Source of the DNA: Octopus bimaculoides
Taxonomy: Eukaryota
Length of the DNA: 64,000 bases
NCBI RefSeq assembly: GCF_001194135.2
Contig: NC_068997.1
Location: 42,230,775 to 42,294,774, forward strand
Reading direction: 5' to 3'
Each line of letters begins with the position of its first letter. Positions within the stretch are counted from its first letter, which is position 1. The translations under genes were made by a program, and so were the position numbers. A model generated the notes under the pieces. That model made no database searches. It was not told the origin of the DNA and saw only the letters and a list, made by a program, of their open reading frames with translations. Below are positions 25,336 through 38,712 of this stretch, piece by piece.

Positions 25336-27425
25336 GATAAAAGAATTCAAAGGAAAACCACTGTCATACACTCTTTATGCTGACTCTACTTGAGGGTTAT
25401 GATAAAGGTACACATATCTGTGGAATACTCAACCACTTTGGAACTTTTTTTTTTATATGTCCTAGTCAAGCAGACCTATGAATGTGTTCCAGCCATGACT
25501 ATCTTCTATCCTTTTTACATCATCATCATTTAACGTCCGTTTTCCACACCTGCATGGGTTAGATGACTTGACTGGAGCTTGTAAGCCAGAGAGCTGCACC
25601 AGGTTCCAGTCTGTTTTGGTTTGGTTTCCACAGCTGTACTCTCAGTGTACTGGGTGCCTTTTATGATGGCCAAATTCTCTGACATACTTTTTTCCTAAAA
25701 CCATAGGGTATGACTTGAGGGAAACTTTACTGCTATTTCTAACAGCACTTGCAACCTTACAGTTATTCTGATTGTGTATCAGTATGTTCTGATAGGGACC
25801 ACAGTGATTAGAGCAAATGGAACTCAGTTGCATTGTATCAGTCTTCCCTCTGAATCTAGTGGATTGTGTACATCCTATTCAAGTGTGTGATGGCCTATTA
25901 AGGTATTTGATGCTGCAGTTATACTTATTTGTATGTTCTATTTTGGAGTTTACCTGGGACAGGTGTGATGGATAGTGTGCTTATGATGATGGTGTAATCG
26001 CCAAGCACTTGGTGTTTGGTGATGGTGGCGTTTTTGGTGGTAGCCATTGTGGTAATAAACCAGCTAACAAGTGAGCCACTTATGCTATCAGCAGACCTGT
26101 AAGAAAAAGCAGCACTGATGCTGGTGCCACATAGAAAGCACCCAGTACACTCTGTGGAGTGGTTGGTGTTAGGAAGGGCATCCAGCCATAGAAACCATGC
26201 CAAAATGGACAATGGAGCCTGCAACAATATATCTACCACAGCGATGTATTATTGTACTTAGAGACAAGTAAGAGCTGGCAACAGGTTGCTTCAATAAACT
26301 ATGCCCAGGCCATACAAGCATGGAAAAATAAATGTTAAAACAATGCTGTTGATAATAATGATAATGTTGCACTGTGGAGTAGAGGACTATTGTTTCTTTT
26401 CTCCAGAAATGGAGATGGTTTGAGTGTAAAGCTAGCAACCTCTTCACATTGAAAAATTAATATGCTACAAAAACCATTTCACCAATGGCTAGATCAATGT
26501 GTAACACAACAGAACTGGCTAGGAATGAAGAATAAAGAAGAATGTAATTTGAGAGAGATTTGGCTCCTCTTTCTTTCTAGCAGGTCAATCAACTGCAGAT
26601 TTCTGCTGATGAAGATCTGCTATATATATACTGACGGAGTGCTAACATCTGGATGGAGGTTAATAATAATCTAAATCTCAAAGACAAAAAAAAAGTTTGA
26701 TAGGAATAATAGGAACAAGATCAAAAACAAAAGGGTGGGAGTAATTTAGATAAATGAGTGAAGAATTTCAAAGACTGATCTTGTAAACAAGTTGTTAGCA
26801 AGTTTCAAGATGAAGTCATTTCTACAAGTCTCTTCCATTACTCACCCATGTGGGCAGTGAAATTCTTCAAGAAACAGCATAAACAAAATAGAACATAAGA
26901 AAAAAATAGTTCTGAAAAGTAGATTAGTTGCTGAGTTTACCCCAAACAGAAGTTCGGTATAGAGAAAAGGAAAAAACAAAACAACTATATGCATTAAAAG
27001 GTTTGTGTTTCCTTGGTTGGAGTTTGTATAACTAAAATAAATGTGGAGAAAAATGAAGAACTGGAACTAAGTAGGTCAAAAATATTAGGTTGGCAACTCA
27101 TAATGAATGAGATAAAGATTTATAATGAACCAAGGAGTCTGTAATTTAATAGTGAACTTTCATAAAACAACTGAAGTGCCAATGTGTTTGTGTGTATAAA
27201 TAAGGTTCTGACATTTTCAAACGACCAGGCTGAACACACACACACACACACACACAGAGTTAACATAGCATACTTCCCAATCACATGGTTCCAGGTTCAG
27301 TCCTACTGCATGACACTTTGGGCAAGTGACTTCTACTAAAGTCTCAAACTGATCAAAGCCTTCTGAGTGAATTTGAAGCCCATTGTATCTGTCTGTCTGT
27401 CTGTATGTATGTATGTATGTATATC

Positions 27426-27457
<32 letters not shown>

Positions 27458-28208
27458 TGTGTGTGTGTGTCACCACCATTTGACAACCAATGTTGCTGTG
27501 TTTACATCCCCATAACGTAGCGGTTCAGCAAAAGAGCCCAATAGAATAAGTACCAGGCTTAAAAAATAAGTCCTGTGGTCGATTTGTCCAACTAAAGCCC
27601 TTCAAAGCATTGCCCCAGCAAAGCCGCAGTCAAATGACTGAAACAAGTAAATATATAAATATATATATATATACATACATACAATTGATTTACAACTGTT
27701 GATGAAGTGTGAAGGAAATCACATTGAAAAACATAAATAAATAAAAAGAAATATATAAAAATTAGAATAATAAAAAGAATAAAGAGAAAATATACATATA
27801 ATACACACACACACACACACACACACACAGAGGCGAAGAAAGAGAGACAGGTTATAGAAATGAATTGTGTTTTCGACTGGAAATGTTTTAGGAGGTGGAA
27901 GCCTGTTACTTATATAGAATTCTGAAGTGAGATTAGGAATGACATGATATTGACAGACGATAAAATATAGAAAGAAAAACATGATTAAAGGAACGTTTTC
28001 TGTTTATTTATAGATCATATTGCTATTCTACCCTCTTTGCCCGCAACCCCACTCCCCGCCCATTACTTTCTTTCCCTACTCAAACTTCCATAAGCTTATA
28101 TATCTGTGGCAATTCTTTACTGAAACCAGCACGTGACTAACTTCAACACCTTCTTCCTCGCCGACACCTATCTCAGGTGTTCTTCACAGTACAAGATAAA
28201 GGGAGGGA

Positions 28209-28306
28209 GGGGGGAGAAGACAACACGAACACTGCGAGGGAAAGAGAGGGAGAGAGGGGGGAGAAGACAACACGAACACTGCTAGGGAAAGAGAGGGAGA
28301 GAGGGG
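28209..28306. repeat. Purine-rich direct repeat, about 47 bp x2
   Basis: ggggagaagacaacacgaacactgc(g/t)agggaaagagagggagagagg occurs twice. Confidence 0.9.
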
Positions 28307-29034
28307 AGTAGGTACAGAGAAAGAGAGGATGGGTAATATAAGAGAAAGTGAGACTAGAAAGAAGAAAACAGAAAGAAAAAGAGGGGAGGGTCGTCTGGTG
28401 GAGGGGGAAGAAACAGAAGGAGCGAGGGAAGGGAGAGAAAGCAAAGTATAAATAAATAAAAGCCAAGAAACTGCGCTTTACGAGAGAAAAGTTCAGCTCA
28501 CCGTTGCCAACAAGATGTGTGTCTTTAGTCACGTAGACATTTCATTTACAGCTGTTTGTAAAAAAAAACGTCTAAACAGGATTTCCCTTTTTGTTTAACA
28601 TTTCTGCTTGGCTTAAACGACACAATATCTACCACGTTTATAAATAAGTGTGTGTGTATATGATTTCGAATCTACTTTTAGAATTCAATAAATATTCTAT
28701 TGTTATTCGGTAAAATAATACCCAAAATTAACGGTATGGATATATGTGTATGTGTGTGTGTGTGTGTGTTAACATACATATATGTGGGTGCGTTTATATA
28801 TATATTTTACTGAGGCCATGCTACGGCATCGCCTTAAAGGGTTTTTTTAGTCGAAGAAATCGACCCCAGAACTTATTCTTTGTAAACCTAATACTTGTAT
28901 TGGATCCCTGTGCTGAACCACTAAGATACGGGGATATAGGCACAGTAGCATCGGTTGTCAAGCGACGGCGACGGAGATAAACACAGACACACATACATAC
29001 AACGGGATTCTTTCAGTCGCCATCTACCAAATCC

Positions 29035-29105
29035 GTAAAGAATATGCACACCCGGTATTTAGGGTTAGGGTTCGCCAAAAAACGGGTGGTGTGCATATTC
29101 TTTAC
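29035..29105. repeat. 71-bp hairpin element with 17-bp perfect arms enclosing (TTAGGG)2
   Basis: gtaaagaatatgcacac ... ttagggttagggtt ... gtgtgcatattctttac. It truncates a SINE at 29034. Confidence 0.85.
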
Positions 29106-29284
29106 CTCCCGCTATATATATATATATATATCGTAATTCTACTTTAATTTCCAATCTGATTGCTATTCTACGTGCCCCATTTTGTTTTTATTTTTCTTCG
29201 AGTCGGGGGGTCGATAAAACAAGCATCAGTTGAGTACAGGGTCGACTTATTCCCTAACTGAAATGGCCGATTATTATCATCATC

Positions 29285-29331
<47 letters not shown>

Positions 29332-29332
29332 T

Positions 29333-29545
29333 AGGTGGCGAACTGGCAGTGTCGTTAGCACGCGGTACTTAGGGGTATTTCGTTCGTTTTAAAGTTCTGA
29401 GTTCAAATTTCGCCGAGGTCGAACTCTGCCTTTCATCCCTTAAGAGTCGATAAAATAAGTACCATTTGAGCACTGGGGTCGGTGTAATCGACAAAGCCCC
29501 TTCCCAAAATTTCAGGCTTTGTACCTATAGCAGAAAGGGTTATTA
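29333..29545 (+). mobile_element. tRNA-derived SINE family B after (ATC/ATT)n
   Basis: gtggcgaactggcag...gagttcaaatttcgccgaggtcg...gtcgataaaataagtacc. Confidence 0.85.
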
Positions 29546-30063
29546 TTATTGGACTGAATTCCTGAGTTAAAACCCCGCTGAAATCAAATTTGCCTTTATT
29601 ATTTTTTTTTTAACAATAAAAGTAAAAACTGAAGGGTATTTGACTGCTACATCTAGCAGGAGTACTGGCTACATGGAGACTCCCTCGTTGATTAATGGGA
29701 TGTTATCGATTAGCTTTTATCTGCTCTTATCGTGATTCTCCCTCACCCCACAGTCTATTTCATCAGACAGTGTCTATCTACCACTAAATTATCCAATATG
29801 ACCTATTTTAAAGATAGCAGGATGTAATTTAAAGGCGATCTTTCCAGTAAGTCGAACAACCGCGTAGTAGCCAACTCCAGTGGTCCGCACGGAAGGGCAG
29901 TGGTTAATAGAATTGGTAATAACGAACGGACAAAATAACTTGCGGTTCAATCTTTAATTTAGTTACATCTGTTACCAAGTTCAAATTTACAGCAGGGAAG
30001 ATTTTACCTTTCATGCATCGGGGAACGTTAAAAGTAAGTATCACTTGATCGAATCGCCTATAC

Positions 30064-30755
30064 CTGTGATTCTCAACTGGGGTCCATATAAAATTTTGAA
30101 GGATCTACGCAAGCAAAATAGTAAACTGGGACCACTGTAATCTTTTAAGGGCCCATGAACAAATTTTGCTTTAGATGTATGTATTGCAAGAAACAGTTAG
30201 GTTTCTTTCTCTCACGTTTTACATTGTTCAACCGACACTAGTGAAACAAAATAGGAATTTTGAAAGACATATCTCTTTTAGTTGTTTCAATCATTTAACT
30301 GTGGCCATGCTGGAGCACCGCCTTTAGTCGAGCAAATCGACCCCAGGACTTATTCTTTGTAAGCCTAGTACTTATTCTATCGGTCTTTTTTGCCGAATCG
30401 CTATGTTACGGGGACGTAAACACACCAGCATCGGTTGTCAAGCGATGTTAGGGGGACAAACACAGACACACAAACATATATATATATATATACATACATA
30501 CGACGGGCTTCTTTCAGTTTCCGTCTACCAAATCCACTCACAAGGCTTTGGTCGACCTGAGCCTATAGTAGAAGACACTTGCCCAAAGTGCCACGCAGTG
30601 GGACTGAACCCGGAACCATGTGGTTAGTAAGCAAGTTACTTACCACACAGTATGAAACAAGTTTTTAAGCATCAAATGGTTGTGGGAGTCCACCAGAATA
30701 AAAGAGTAATGAAAGGGGTTCACGAATTAAAAGATAAAATGGTTAAGAAACACTG
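30064..30755. mobile_element. hAT-type MITE containing a nested family-A SINE (about 30275-30652, minus strand)
   Basis: Termini ctgtgattctcaact / ggttaagaaacactg; flanks gcctatac / ctctatac. Confidence 0.75.
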
Positions 30756-32369
30756 CTCTATACTAACATCCAAAATATGTGGTTTTGAGCAGTAGCCGGG
30801 GCGGGAAGAGGCAGGCTGCTCCGGGCGACGCTTTTAAGAGGACAGCACTTTTGGGTCTGCTGTAAAATACTGCAAAGGTTTGGGGCTCAGTGGTGGGAGG
30901 GGCAACCCCCTTTGCCACACATTTTAGCTACACCATTTGCCTTGAGTTCAAATTCCGCGCTAGTTGATAAAACAGGTACTACTCTTGGAGTGATTCGATA
31001 TTATCGAGTCCCCACCCCATAATTTCTGACCTTGTGTAGACGCAAGAATATATGCCAGAAATTAGTCGAGAATCAGACACAATATTAAGATATTGTTCCG
31101 GCTCTTTACATTTCCAATCCAAGCCTTTTTCTCCACAACATTCTTTCATTCAAACGTCTTTAAGTCATTTTCTTTGGCAATTCTCCGCCGTTTTCTTCGC
31201 TGCCGACGCAGCCGACACATTTTTTCAGGTGTTATCGATAGAACAAGACGGAAAACAGAGGAGATACCCCGTGCACATTGAGTGAGCGGGGGGGAGGACA
31301 GAAAGGGAGGAATTTCGATAAAGTAAACTACATACCAGTCAAACAAGTACTAGAGTTGACTAAATTGACTTGTACCTCCCGTCTCCAGTTTTGCTGGTCT
31401 TTTATGTAAATAATTATAATTATAATCATATGTACATGTAGACCGTAGAATACAGATGGGAGAGAGAATGTCCTTGGCAGTAGCACCGTCTTGAATGCAT
31501 TATAAGGCCTTCTGGCAAGGCAATATACTGAAGCCTGCCTGCAGTATTTATTGACAGTAAACCAAAGCAAACGCAAAATAGCATTGGATTTCTAGACACG
31601 TGCGATCCTCGGGTAGCAACTCAATGTACCCATGCTTTAAATAGTAAAGGTATTATTCAATCTCATGGCGGTTCTTAATTCTTTTTGTTAACTATTGTTC
31701 TTTTATGCTCAATTTTTTTTTAAACTAGTCTCACCCGGATTTCTTTTCTTTTTTTTTTTTAATTTGTTCCTGTCATGTCATCCTGTATGACAAGGAAAGC
31801 AAATCATTGTTATTGTTTGTTGTTGCTGTTGTTAGAGAGATGTTTCTCATTGAAATTCCGGCTAGTCACAGAAAGAGAAAAGATTAAATTGACTCACACT
31901 GACCTCCGACACACGACGAGACGGTGTTTTGTTTTTATGAAATTAAAATGCCTGGCTTGTACAAAATGGAGGGAAGATAATACGGTATTAATGTCGTGCA
32001 GTTGACATCTTTTCACTTGCAAGGTCTTATCAAAATAAATATTTGGAAGGAGGGGATAGTGTGTGAAAGAGAGGGTTATGTTACAAGAAAAAAAACTAGC
32101 AATAAACAGTGATGGAATACAAAATAAATAAAATGAATGGGTTCGGTATTTCTGTTCGACCTTTCATGGATTGGTTCCTCTCAGACCAATTATGGATTAG
32201 ATTGGCCACTCTGGTCGTAATCTCATTCTAGTTTCTATCCAAATAAGGGTGTGGCCCAAACCAAGTATCCTTTGGTATGTTTGTTCTGCTATAATTACCC
32301 AGGCATATGTGTATATATGGAGTAACTTTACATTAAGGAGCGAAACGTACAATTTCGTGTAAATCAGAC

Positions 32370-32780
32370 CACCTCATGATCCCAGCAGACAAAATGGAAA
32401 AGGTGCATCCCCGGAGGGAGATGCGCTGGGCGCTGGAAGTTACTCTGACTCACGGAGCTCGCACTTGCGAACAGCCACCTCCGCCCTGATAACGGAGAGC
32501 AGGGATATGGTTGGGGGGGCGGGGGAGACGAGAACACCGGACAGCCTTGACAGACCGAATGCGTGATTGAAACGGTTATAATAGATGACAGTTTAGTCTG
32601 ACCAGCGAACAGATGGCATCTGTTATATCTTGCAGCAAACTTCAAAGCGATCCAGCATCTGAAAATAGGATCTAAACTGCCTGCACTGAGAACAGCCGCC
32701 CAGTACCTGTGCCCGATCCAATCTAAAACTTAGGATTAATCCCAGTGTATCGGAGCCCCAACGAAATCAGATTTATAACT
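32370..32780 (-). mobile_element. Degenerate Tx1/L1-type reverse transcriptase fragment
   Basis: GAPIHWD*S*VLDWIGHRYWAAVL...SITHSVCQGCP resembles GALINLDQSKAFDRVDH...SVRQGCPLSP. Confidence 0.7.
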
Positions 32781-32899
32781 CATCCTTTTCCTTTCTAAGC
32801 ACGAGGTGTTGGTTGTTGTGGATAGATCTGCCAAGAATAGCGCAGGTCTACATATATGAGAGAATTTACGAAATAAACAACAGACGAGGACATGTGGTG

Positions 32900-33870
32900 T
32901 AAACAACAAATGGATGTATTAGTTTAACGCTCGGGAATACAGAAAGTCTTTAACGTTTCGAACTACGCTCTTCAACAGAAAGAATACGGAGAAAACAAGG
33001 AGAAAAACACGGAGACACCCGACTATAAGCATCACCCTGTTCGTGATCGCCTCACACAAATCTGCGTTCAGTACATTTGACTGCAGTGCTTGGAAACAGG
33101 TTGTCGCGAAATTTGTCGATGATGCTCTGCTTGTTCGCATCCGTTATCAGCAGCGTCATCACTCTCCAGCAATCATAGCTAGGAATGTTCCAAAGTTTGC
33201 TGCAAGTTGTGATGGACGTCTGCCAAGATAAGAGAGAACAAGTTTGGCAAGGTCGCACAGCAGGCCTCCTAAACCAGACGATTTATCCCTCGCATAATCA
33301 ATTACCGCCAACTGTACCTGAGCTATTTCAAAATTCTACAGTCTCTGTCAAAGGAGACTTAAGCGCTAAATTCTGCCGTCGAAGCCCTCCACTATCCCAA
33401 CCAGTTAAGGGAAAACACTGCTGGTAAAGGTGCACATCTGTCAGGAATCGAATATCACGACCCCATCGCGTTATGCCACATATCTAATAGTAACTTTGTT
33501 AACATGTTTGTCTTTGCCAACTGAGATCATCGAAAGACTCTCGCCCGTTTGTATATATAAAAGTATGCGTCTTAACCATCATAACGCAACCTTCTATTTT
33601 CTCCGGTCGCGATATCTTATATAATATTTGTTCAAGGCCACAGATTTTAGAGGGAAGGTGTGTCGGTAGTCCATCGGTGTCCAACGATGACAAAGCCTGT
33701 GTTCTCAGCGATGAGAGCGCATGTGACTCCGCTGTCCAAAGCTGGAAAAGTACACAAGCGCTCTCAGGTGTCACAACGAGTCTGCTGTCTGGGTTGAAGC
33801 GGACGTTACCCTGCGACGTCTGTCTCTTGAAGAAGCGAGACTCTGTCGTCGAAAATAGCTACTACTCGTG
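32900..33870 (-). mobile_element. Probable decayed Penelope-like element 3' end
   Basis: CpG-rich block ending in the hammerhead-like motif; only weak CxxC (RPCQTC) and EH..PV..H similarities. Protein identity is not established. Confidence 0.35.
32947..32983 (-). ncRNA. Minimal hammerhead-like motif, second family, variant core CUGUUGA
   Basis: tcttt-CTGTTGA-a-gagc[gta]gttc-GAAA-CG-T-T-aaaga: perfect 5-bp stem I, 4-bp stem II, ACGU palindrome. Confidence 0.6.
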
Positions 33871-35099
33871 AGGTGAGAGGGACGGTGTAACAGTTCAAAT
33901 CGTCACTAGTTCTGTATTTATCGACCCTTCCATCACCCCACAAAGAATGAAAATCAAAGTTAATTATAATCAGATTTGAACTGTGCTGTAACTAAATAAC
34001 GATTCTGCCAATCAACCACTCCATCTGCTAGAAGTATTAGCTAATTCTCCCTCAAATCACACACTGCTATCTTAAAAATGAGGAACGGATACATTCGGAT
34101 AATTTAGATACCCAATGAGTTTCTGAAATAAAAGATGGGACTGTCATGGTTGGAGTACTGGCCAATCAAGGACTAAAGAGCAACAACAACAGTGCTTCTT
34201 TCGTCACTTGAAAGAATTTGAGTTCAGAACGTAACAAGATGGAACTCATAAAGCATTCAAATGTCATTTAGTCATAGGTCTGTCTGCTGGCCTATGGCTA
34301 AACAACGAATATTTCCAATTAAATGTGATTAATACAATGTTAACAATATGACTTATTTCTTGCGTCCTGAGTTCAAATCCTATCGAGGTCGACTTTGTTA
34401 TTCACATACGAAAGTAGTGGAGCCGATTTCTTCAAGGAACTGGCTATGTAAATGGACTCAAGAAAGGAATGGTGACAGTGCGGTCCCACAAATCCTTTCA
34501 GCACCAATGGACACAACAAAGGAGACTAGGAATTGATGACTAGTTGGTAGCAGACTATATAGAAATACTGATTATAGTGAGTATAGATGGTAATTACTGA
34601 GTTTAAACAATTCATCATCATCAACAACATTTAACGTCCGTTTTCCATGCTGGCATAGGTTAGACGACCTAACAGGAACTGACAAGGCCAGGTGCCATAG
34701 TTGTTTTGGCTTGGTTGTCCTTGTTAATGCCAACCACTTTACAGAATGTACTGGGAGCTTTTTACAGGTACAAGCAACAACACCAATGGGTTTTTTTACG
34801 TGGTATATTGGTTTTTGTTCAAAGGTGGAATAAATTGATTTGGGGAAAAATAAAAGTCTAACATACAGTTCACCACCAGGTCCAGTCCTTGTTGCGGTGT
34901 GGTAGCTTTTGTGCCTTAAATGACTCCCGAGAGTTTATGTCATTTGAGGGCAACCGATCCCTTAGTAGGGCATTCAACACTGAACAGATCAAAAGATAGG
35001 TGCTAAACTAATATGGACAACCTCTTTTCAAACGTAAAAATGAATTTGTGTAAAGCGAACGCCTCTACATAGAAAACGAAAAAAGCAAAGTCAAAGGGC

Positions 35100-35280
35100 A
35101 TAGATGATAATTCAAAACGAACAAGACCTGAGAGGGAAAGGTTTGACTTCAGGGAGATGGGACACAGATGAAGAGTTGAAAAAACAGGGATCCAACTGGA
35201 GAGAAGCAGAAAAATCAACCCAGTGGAGGAAAATCGTTGGGGGCCTATACCTCATAGGGAACGAAAGGCTAAAATAAGGA
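35100..35280 (+). mobile_element. RTE-type LINE 3' fragment
   Basis: ..WRKIVGGLYLIGNERLK* resembles RTE C-termini. Confidence 0.5.
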
Positions 35281-36199
35281 AAAGTATCCCATACAGAACA
35301 CATTTTTGTTTTTCGTATTGACTCATCTCTTTTACTAAGTCAGTTTTCAAGGACAGAGGGATGGAGGGAGAGGATAACTGTAATGTAAAACGGCAGTGTA
35401 TTCCAAAGGGTGATTCAGGTCGCCCACCTGTCGTTCGAAGGTACCGTGTTGGTAGTAATATAAAAATGTTAAAATAGATAATATTGATATAACAGATGGT
35501 AGTGTACGTCAATAGATGTCACTTCAAATGTCGTCAGAATCCAACAGGTTGGGCGTGGGCGTTGGGATTCTACCGTACCAACCACATTAATCCAATGCAT
35601 GTTGATATAGATTGGAAATCGATTAACTCAACATCCCCCAGTACTTGATTGACACTTCATTTTATCGACCCCCGGGAAGAAAGAATATAAAGTTGGTATC
35701 AGTTGAGATTTGAACTCAGAATGTCGGCATTTTCTCAATCGCATTTCGATTCTTGCAATCCAAATCCATACCCTTCGTCTTCTAAATTATTTGTAGTATT
35801 AATTATAACTGGGTTTTAACTGTCGGGTGAAAGTTTAATTTCCATTCAATTATCTCAGTTTTGTTCGTTTGTTCACATACAATTGCATTCATGTACACAC
35901 ACACACACATTTGCGATAAATCATTCATGACAAATTAAAAATACCCTGTTGATGTTGAAATTTCAATGAAGGAGCTTTGGATCTATGTTAGAATCCGGCT
36001 CTTTATTGGCAAGAGATCTTGAAATAAAACTAAATAACACACACACACACGTGTATATACATGCATACGTGTGTGGGGGAAGGCCGACAAAAAGGAATAT
36101 ATACATACTTCAGAGAAAGAAAAACGTGTAGAAATATTTTAATACTAAATTTCTTCAGACATCATGTGATTACAAGTTACCTTTAACATTTTTTTGCCT

Positions 36200-36770
36200 T
36201 TTTTTCTATTTTGATATGTGGGCAAAGCAGTCCAGTAAATTTACTGGAGATCAGTGTTTGGTGTGGAGTGCCATCAAGAGATTTAATAGAATCGATTTTC
36301 TTTGAAAGTACTTTTACTTGCCAAGTATACCGAGACATGCTACACACGTCCATTTTACCTGCCATACATGCACTTCGTGGAAATGAAGAACTTTTTTCTT
36401 TACAACATGACGGTGCAACGCCACACTACTGTTGAGACGTGCGAGCTTACCTGGATAAGCATTTGCAAATACAGTGGATAAGATGAAGAGATGAAGCAGT
36501 TGATTTTCTCACATATTCTCCTGACTTACAGACTATCACTTATGGGGCGCCCTAAAGGATGTCATGTATCGCAGGTAACTGGCTACACTGAGGACCCTTC
36601 GGGAAGAAATTGAAGCTGCATGTGCAGTAATCTTACTGGACACTTTGACCAATGCTGCCCAAGCATGAGTTCGCTGAACTAATAAGTATCTAGAATCTAA
36701 TGGCTTTGAGCGCCTCCTGTAATAGAAGTTACAGGTAACTCGATTTAAGCCCGTGATATCTGACACGCAC
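36200..36770 (+). mobile_element. Decayed mariner-like transposase, DD41D (rosa/Visitor)-type
   Basis: VWCGV..LI..IFFE...Y..ML....QHDGATPHY..VRAYLD....WI.....SPDL...LWGALKD, with stops and frameshifts. Confidence 0.75.
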
Positions 36771-36806
36771 ACACACAGATTTTATATATATATATATATA
36801 TATATA

Positions 36807-36935
36807 TACGAGGGGGTGCTGTAAAGTTCCTGGCTTTGGGCAAAAGAAAATACAGGAGGATCAGTTAATTATGATTTTGTTCAACATATTCCCCTCTCAG
36901 ATTCACACTTATTGCAGCGGTCCTTTAGTTGTTTC
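36807..36935 (+). mobile_element. Mariner-type terminal fragment
   Basis: TA|cgagggggtgctgtaaagttcctggc terminus after (TA)n. No partner end found. Confidence 0.5.
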
Positions 36936-37427
36936 TAATCCCTGTAACACCCTTAAACTATACTATCTTGTTCGGTCATGCTGGAGCACCGCTTTGAAGA
37001 ATTTTAGTCGAACTAATTAACCTGAGGACTTATTCTAGTGGTCTCTTTTGCTGAACCGCTAAATTACGGGGACATACACACACAACGGGCTTTTTCAGTT
37101 TCCTTCTATCAAATCCACTCACAAGACTTTGGTCGGCCTGAAGTTATAGTAAAAGACACTTGCCCAAGGTACCAGGCAGTGGGACTGAACCCGGAAAGGT
37201 GTGGTTGGGAAGGAAACTTCTTACCACACGGCCACGCCTGCAGATAAATAAACGTATTTTTTTGTCTTAGTTAATAATTAAGCTGGTTCCCATGCATTTC
37301 CCTGAAGAAAAGATTACATTCTTATCAACATCACCTATTCTTATGGAAAGTATAAATTGTAATCTTCGAAACATATGTTGGAAATAAAAGTATTCAGTTA
37401 ACATATGCGTTTTACTCCATTTACTAA

Positions 37428-37478
<51 letters not shown>

Positions 37479-37699
37479 AATATTATTTTACTAACAGCAA
37501 ACCACAGCATGTATTAGTCAGAAATGGGACCCTAGGCCAGTAAAACATCCGGACAAATATTGTGTGTGCCCAAACCTTGAAGACGGCACTGCTGAAACCC
37601 GCTCCCAATGGCCGCTATCGACACACTAGATTTTACATACTGCATTTGTGCCTGTGTCATGGTAAACCTTGCTATAAACTTGTTTTTTCTGCTACTTAA

Positions 37700-37910
37700 G
37701 GCGGCAAGCTGGCAGAATCGTTAGTACACCGGACAAAATGCTTAACGGTATTTCGTCCGTTCTTATGTTCCAAGTTCAAATTCCGCCGAGATCGACTTTG
37801 CCTTTCATCCTTCGGGGTCGATAAATTAAGTACCAGTTTCGCACTGTGGTCGATGTAATCGACTCATCCCCTCCCCCAAATTGCTGCCCTTGTGGCAAAA
37901 TTTGAAACCA
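37700..37910 (+). mobile_element. tRNA-derived SINE family B
   Basis: gcggcaagctggcagaatcgttag...aagttcaaattccgccgag... Confidence 0.85.
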
Positions 37911-38500
37911 TTATTTTCCTTCTACCTGTATCCAGAGTAATATGAGAACCAACGATGATATAGGATTGCCAACATTTCTCGACAGCCAACACACAATACT
38001 TCACTTCGCACCGAGCGGTGAAAACCACATTATTTATATTCACAATTAAATGGGAGTCAAACCAGTTTGTTCGAATTATATTTCCCACACTTTTCTACAA
38101 TTGGACAACGAGAAAATAAGAATTTATTTATAAAACTATTCATGTATTTGTTTTGCCGCGATTTTTTAAAATATAATTTGCATTAAAGAAATGAACTCTA
38201 TCTGGTTGAACGGTTAAGAAGTTCGATTTACATCCAGGTGGTTTCGGTTTCAATCCCATTGCACGGCAACTTGGGCAAGTGTCTTCTATTGTATCCCCGG
38301 CCTGACCAATTCCTTGTGGGTGAATGAAGTACACAGAAACTGTGTGGAAGCCGTCATATATATGTACATATGTGTGTGTGTGTGTCTTTGCCTCACGCCT
38401 ACTGTTAGACAACCAGTGTTGGTTGTTTACGTCCTCGTAACTTACAGGTTTCGGCGAAAGAGACCGATAGAACAAGTACCAAAGTTTTAAAAAAAATAAG

Positions 38501-38712
38501 GGTAAATTTTGATCCATTCACCCGCACGATTTTCACTAAAGAAAAAAAAAAACTCGGATTTTTTGCGTGGAATCAAGTATCCTGCTGCAAACTCCTTATT
38601 TTTGTTCGGAAAAAAAAGGGGACCCCCATATCCCGGAATCATTGGAAATCCGAGTTTTGGGGGGGATTATTTCTTAGTGAAAATCGTACGGGTGAAAGAA
38701 TCAGATAATACC
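38501..38712. mobile_element. MITE with about 60-bp TIRs and 3-bp TSD, inserted in a SINE tail
   Basis: aag|ggtaaattttgatccattcacccgcacgattttcactaa ... ttagtgaaaatcgtacgggtgaaagaatcagataatacc|aag. The SINE sequence resumes on the far side. Confidence 0.75.

Noticed and set aside
31146-31346. Arg-rich ORF and GC-rich patch as a nested gene
   Set aside because: No recognisable domain and no supported exon chain; only one possible donor (GA|GTGAGC near 31281).
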